A stretch of DNA of 32,000 bases from NCBI RefSeq assembly GCF_000014265.1, contig NC_008312.1, positions 4,110,001 to 4,142,000 of the forward strand. The letters are read 5' to 3'. The stretch's first letter is position 1, and every line of letters starts with the position of its first letter. The translations under genes were made by a program, and so were the position numbers. Of this stretch, positions 28,437 through 32,000 are shown one piece after another. Below the pieces are notes generated by a model. It made no database searches. It was not told the origin of the DNA and saw only the letters and a program-made list of their open reading frames with translations. Source of the stretch: Trichodesmium erythraeum IMS101. GTDB lineage: Bacteria > Cyanobacteriota > Cyanobacteriia > Cyanobacteriales > Microcoleaceae.

Positions 28437-30921
28437 ATTCTCCATCCCCTATCAAAATAAAAGGCGACCAATAAAACGGACTCACATCTGACCTAGCATA
28501 ACTTAATTTCGCCTGACGTAATGCTTCCACCTTGGTCATTCCTTGTTTCAAATTATCATAAAATTTCACCATAATATCCTTTGTTGTTCCATCCTCGGCA
28601 TTCCATAAACTGGCTATGACAGCATCCGCACCTGCACGCTCAAATAAATAGGCAACTCCTGCTATTTCTTCTCCGTTGGAGTCCGCTTTCATGGCTGTTT
28701 GGCATGCACTCAAAGCGATTAAATCTGTATTTTCTAATCCTAAACGTGCTGCATTGGCAATATTAAAGGTTTTATTGTTGGCAAACAAAATAGTATTTTC
28801 TTCTAAACCCTGCTCACGGCAACCACCTTTTTGAAAGCAGCCGTGGGTAGCTAGATGCACTAAGGGAAAACCGGGAGATTCGTTTTCAAAACTGCTGAGG
28901 GTCGCTTTTTCTCGAGTTAAGGATTTTCCTGATAAGTTTTCCGCGATAATTTTCGCTTCATCTTCTGCACCGCGGAGGTTGATCTCTGTGGGCTGGGGAT
29001 TTCCAAATGCCAATACTTTCAGGGACTTTGTCGGCTCTTTTGGCTCCTGTCTGGTGGCAGAGATGCGGGTCAGGTAGTGGATGGGATATTTGGCTATTAA
29101 ATATTGCTCGGTTTGATTATCATATAGGGTTTCAAAGGGAATATAACGCAATTTTCCTGTGGGGATGATGGCTAGTCGTTTGGGGGAGTAGGCGGCTATT
29201 TCTGTTTCTATGGGGCGGATGAGATAGTCGTAGAGTTTTTCTTGGTTAGTGGCGTAGTTGTCGGCGTTGGGTTTTTCTAGTTGGCTGCGATATTCGGTGA
29301 GGATGCTATCAAATTCTTTAGCATCTATGGGGAGTTTTTTGACGAGGGTGGCTTGGTCTCTGGTCACGAGGAATATAGCTATGCTATCGGGGACACTTTT
29401 CAGACCAGTTAAAAGAGCAGGTTGAATAACAACGGTGCCCGGTGGAATATTGGCTTTGAGTTTGTCGATGTCTTTGGGTTCAAATTCAAAAAGCTCGGCA
29501 ACTTCTGGATATTTCTGGCTAGCGTTTTCTGCGAGTTGGTTGTTTTCTGCTTGTAACTGCTTAATTTGTTGGGAAAGTTGGGTAGTTGTTCCATCTTCTA
29601 TTTTGCTATAGAGAGCTTGCAATTTTTGATAGTTTTCTTCCCATTGGTTAATCAGTTTTTGGGCTTCTGGGTTTTTGACTTTGGCCTTAATAAGGCGGGT
29701 GTAGTCGGCGAGGTCGAAAGTGGTGGCTAGATTATACCATTTCCAAGCGGCTTCGGGTTGGTTTTGGTCGATGAGAAGATCGATCAGGGCGATCGGTGTC
29801 CACTTATTATATTGGAAATTTAAAAAAGTTTTGCGATTTTCTTTTTTTAAACCCCCACGAATTTCTAGGGTAATTTTTACTGACTTTTCCAAGTGGTCTA
29901 TGGCTTTTTCTGGTTGGTTGCTATCTCGGTAAACTTTACCAATACTACTGAGAGTAGTAGATTCTAATGAGCGAGCGCCCACTTCTTGCATGATAGGTAA
30001 AGCTTTCTGTAAGTATTCTAATGCCTTTTGGGGTTGACCTATACTGCTGTAAACGTTACCAATATTATTCAGAGTAGTAGCTTCTTGTGAGCGATAGCCC
30101 ACTTCTTGCCAGATAGGTAAAGCTTTTTCGAAGAATTCTAATGCCTTTTGGGGTTGACCTATATTAGAGTAAACTAGACCAATATTATTGAGAGTAGTAG
30201 CTTCTTGTGAGTGAGCGCCCATTTCTTGCGAGATAGGTAAAGCTTTTTCGTAGTATTCTAATGCCTTTTGGGGTTGACCTATACTGCTGTAAACTAGACC
30301 AATATTATTGAGAGTAGTAGCTTCTTGTGAGCGAGCGCCCACTTCTTGCGAGATAGGTAAAGCTTTTTCGTAGTATTCTAATGCCTTTTGGGGTTGACCT
30401 ATATTATCGTAAACTAGACCAATATTATTGAGAGTAGTAGCTTCTTGTGAGCGAGCGCCCACTTCTTGCGAGATAGGTAAAGCTTTTTCGTAGAATTCTA
30501 ACGCCTTTTGGGGTTGACCTATGTCAGAGTAAACTCCACCAATATTATTGAGAGTAGTAGCTTCTCCAAAGCGATAGCCGACTTCTTGCCAGATAGGTAA
30601 AGCTTTTTCGTAGAATTCTAATGCCTTTTGGGGTTGGCCTGTTTGGTCGTAAACATAACCAAGACCAAGGTTAGCCACTGCCTCATATTTTCGGTCTTTA
30701 ATTTTTCTAGCAATAGCTAAAGCTTCTTGAAGCGTTTCTATAGACTCCTGATATTGGTATTGCCCTATTTGTTGCTGTGCTGTTTTTATTAGTTGCTCTA
30801 ACTTTTCTGCCTGAGAGTTTGAACTTTGAGCATAACTGCTTTGTGGTAATAGCGGCAGTATTAGGGCAGTTGTAGTCAGGGTTGTTATTCCTATTAGACA
30901 GGTAACAATAATTCGTTTCAT
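28435..30921 (-). CDS. Secreted TPR-repeat / CHAT-domain (caspase-like) protein
   Basis: This is an 828-aa ORF with an N-terminal signal-like segment MKRIIVTCLIGITTLTTTALILPLLPQSSYAQ. It has about 7 near-identical 40-aa TPR-type units (GQPQKALE.YEKALPI.QEVG.RS.EATTLNNIG.VYS.I). The C-terminal CHAT domain has a candidate His/Cys dyad in VHLATHGCF and IALSACQTA. Confidence 0.93.
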   Translation of the reverse strand: MKRIIVTCLIGITTLTTTALILPLLPQSSYAQSSNSQAEKLEQLIKTAQQQIGQYQYQESIETLQEALAIARKIKDRKYEAVANLGLGYVYDQTGQPQKALEFYEKALPIWQEVGYRFGEATTLNNIGGVYSDIGQPQKALEFYEKALPISQEVGARSQEATTLNNIGLVYDNIGQPQKALEYYEKALPISQEVGARSQEATTLNNIGLVYSSIGQPQKALEYYEKALPISQEMGAHSQEATTLNNIGLVYSNIGQPQKALEFFEKALPIWQEVGYRSQEATTLNNIGNVYSSIGQPQKALEYLQKALPIMQEVGARSLESTTLSSIGKVYRDSNQPEKAIDHLEKSVKITLEIRGGLKKENRKTFLNFQYNKWTPIALIDLLIDQNQPEAAWKWYNLATTFDLADYTRLIKAKVKNPEAQKLINQWEENYQKLQALYSKIEDGTTTQLSQQIKQLQAENNQLAENASQKYPEVAELFEFEPKDIDKLKANIPPGTVVIQPALLTGLKSVPDSIAIFLVTRDQATLVKKLPIDAKEFDSILTEYRSQLEKPNADNYATNQEKLYDYLIRPIETEIAAYSPKRLAIIPTGKLRYIPFETLYDNQTEQYLIAKYPIHYLTRISATRQEPKEPTKSLKVLAFGNPQPTEINLRGAEDEAKIIAENLSGKSLTREKATLSSFENESPGFPLVHLATHGCFQKGGCREQGLEENTILFANNKTFNIANAARLGLENTDLIALSACQTAMKADSNGEEIAGVAYLFERAGADAVIASLWNAEDGTTKDIMVKFYDNLKQGMTKVEALRQAKLSYARSDVSPFYWSPFILIGDGE
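29941..30660. repeat. Six tandem 120-bp repeats inside the CHAT gene (TPR units)
   Basis: Units start at 29941, 30061, 30181, 30301, 30421 and 30541. The units at 30181 and 30301 differ at 6 of 120 nt by my count. Degenerate units flank the array on both sides. Confidence 0.95.
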
Positions 30922-31006
30922 TTTCTGATTTTCTCCAAATAAATAATTAAATAATTAATCAGGACTTATCCCTAGTCAGAATTCAGTCAGGGATGACTTT
31001 TGAGCG

Positions 31007-31031
31007 CCCCCCTTGGGGAGACAAAGGGGGG
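31007..31031. repeat. GC-rich hairpin in the CHAT gene upstream region
   Basis: The stem is CCCCCCTT (31007-31014) / AAGGGGGG (31024-31031), with a 9-nt loop. Its right arm is part of DR-R. Confidence 0.55.
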
Positions 31032-31052
31032 TTGAATTGTAACTTTTGACTT
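31023..31052 (+). repeat. Direct repeat module DR-R (AAAGGGGGG-N10-TAACTTTTGACTT)
   Basis: The sequence is AAAGGGGGGTTGAATTGTAACTTTTGACTT. It has the same orientation as DR-L, lies 2614 bp away, and sits about 100 nt upstream of the CHAT start codon. Confidence 0.6.
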
Positions 31053-31096
31053 GCCCGTAGTAGTGCTATACCATTACTATCCAGGACCACCAAATA

Positions 31097-31489
31097 TTAT
31101 TCTTTTCTTGACTTTAATGTAGCAGTAATAATCCAAATTTGTCGCTCCGGTTCAAACTCCATCTTACTCACAACATAACGACTATTAATAATATTCCTCA
31201 TCTCCCTGGGTATACCCTCTCTTTCATCCACCCGAATCACACTTTCTGGTTTAATCTCAATAGGATTCTGATCTGCATTTGTCCATACCAACCCATCCAC
31301 TCCCACTTCAAAACGTCGAACCGTCCCTATTTCGTCTACACTACCCCCACGAAGAATTATTATCCCATCAGAAGCGGGCCACCAAAGGTCTCCATAAAAG
31401 CTAATCTCTTGAACATTAGCGATCGCTTCTCGACCACGACTTCCACCTTTTTTAACAGTAATATATTCAGAATTTACATCTATTACCCT
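31097..31489 (-). pseudogene. Start-less open frame (131 codons), probable 5'-truncated gene fragment of unknown family
   Basis: The frame is open from the in-frame stop at 31490-31492 down to TAA at 31097. The first possible start is the GTG at 31306 (track ORF, 69 aa), which has no SD. The upstream 61 codons (VIDVNSEYITVKKGGSRGREAIANVQEISFYGDLWWPASDGIIILRGGSVDEIGTVRRFE) look like coding sequence. The frame contains a HIP1 site. Confidence 0.4.
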
Positions 31490-31668
31490 TTAACCAAGTT
31501 GCTGACTTTATCACCTTTCTAAAATTTAGAGAAAAGTTAATTAAACTCAACCTAAATACAGAACAATTAGCCCAACTTTATCAAGAATTTGCAGAAGAAG
31601 ATCGTCAACTTGCCGAAGAAGGAATCAATGAATATGCTGATTTATTAACTCAAGAAGATAGACTATGA
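31462..31668 (+). pseudogene. mazE-like antitoxin frame without a start codon
   Basis: This is an open frame of 68 codons: YIQNLHLLPFNQVADFITFLKFREKLIKLNLNTEQLAQLYQEFAEEDRQLAEEGINEYADLLTQEDRL*. It has no ATG, GTG or TTG. Its stop overlaps the mazF-like ATG (cTATGA, 31665-31668). The LP...V.DF..FL pattern is typical of small TA antitoxins. Confidence 0.55.
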
Positions 31669-32000
31669 AAACTGAACGAGGAGAAATTTGGATTGCCACT
31701 CTTAACCCCACACAAGGTTCTGAACAAGCAGGAATTCGTCCAGTTATTATCTTTCAAGAAAACACGATTTCTCAATTTACTACGACTATTATTACCATCC
31801 CTTTAACTACTAATTTAAGATGAAGTTCTTTACCTAGTTGTTTACTTATTCCCACAAATGAAGGTGGATTAAATCAAGATTCAGTTGCTTTATGTCATCA
31901 ATTAAGAGTATTAGATAAAACTCGTTTAGGTCACAAGTTAGGAAAACTAAGTTCAACTATCGTAAATCAATTAGAAAGTATTGTATTATTTACTTTAGGT
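31665..32000 (+). pseudogene. mazF: MazF/PemK-family toxin gene with an in-frame TGA; 3' end runs off the window
   Basis: The translation is MKTERGEIWIATLNPTQGSEQAGIRPVIIFQENTISQFTTTIITIPLTTNLR*SSLPSCLLIPTNEGGLNQDSVALCHQLRVLDKTRLGHKLGKLSSTIVNQLESIVLFTLG. It has the PemK signature G.EQ.G.RP..I and P.T.. The TGA is at 31821-31823 (codon 53), where family members have Arg. Confidence 0.8.

Noticed and set aside
29409-29932. Track ORFs 29409..29594 (-, off-frame) and 29720..29932 (+)
   Set aside because: Both lie inside the CHAT CDS in alternative frames or on the other strand, and neither has independent support.
28435-30921. TPR-CHAT as a type III-E CRISPR-associated protease (Csx29/Craspase partner)
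   Set aside because: There is no gRAMP/Cas7-11 gene, no CRISPR array and no Csx30/31 nearby. The protein has an N-terminal signal-like peptide, which fits the common secreted cyanobacterial TPR-CHAT class instead.
31139-31522. Track ORF, 127 aa on the + strand
   Set aside because: It is antisense to the coding-looking minus-strand frame 31097-31489. Its composition is low-complexity (Ile/Asn/Phe/Thr-rich) and it has no family resemblance.
1-32000. tRNA, rRNA, tmRNA, RNase P, group II intron, retron/DGR reverse transcriptase
   Set aside because: I scanned by eye for T-loop GGTTCGAAT-type motifs, for the RNase P GAGGAAAGTCC motif, for group II domain V-like GC-rich hairpins and for RT YxDD ORFs. 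I found none. A covariance-model scan (Infernal/Rfam, tRNAscan-SE) would be needed to be definitive.

Overview
This looks like an AT-rich cyanobacterial chromosomal segment. It carries 8 perfect HIP1 octamers (GCGATCGC), and its gene content is typical of filamentous cyanobacteria. Summing my own calls, only about 19 kb of 32 kb (~59%) is intact coding sequence.

The intact genes look like unlinked housekeeping or accessory genes. They are spoT/relA; a PatD-like ORF translationally coupled to a double zinc-ribbon ORF; a fused two-domain ABC ATPase; a nitroreductase; glyA; a WecA-like GT4 transferase; cinA; aroQ; an ADP-ribosylglycohydrolase-fold protein followed by a PgpH-type 7TM-HD protein; radC; mtnD; a Tas-like aldo/keto reductase; and a secreted TPR-CHAT protein.

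Between them lie long gene-free spacers: 6107-8495, 9105-12021, 14746-16185, 18371-19493, 24873-25836 and 26875-28434. These spacers hold three decayed IS630-family transposase genes, of which two are paralogous and one has internal deletions. They also hold a MITE-like repeat (2 copies), two tandem-repeat arrays, an over-represented ACTTTTGACTT motif, palindromic hairpin families and a WD40 gene relic.

The most unusual locus is the right end. The TPR-CHAT gene is bracketed by imperfect direct repeats and by two copies of the 3' tail of a mazE-like antitoxin, and it sits next to a mazF-like gene with an in-frame TGA.

I found no tRNA, rRNA, CRISPR array, reverse transcriptase or recognisable defence island. 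I cannot support a complete novel multi-gene system from sequence alone, so the findings below are candidates ranked honestly. The low coding density plus HIP1 resembles what has been published for Trichodesmium-like genomes, but that assignment is inference I cannot verify here.
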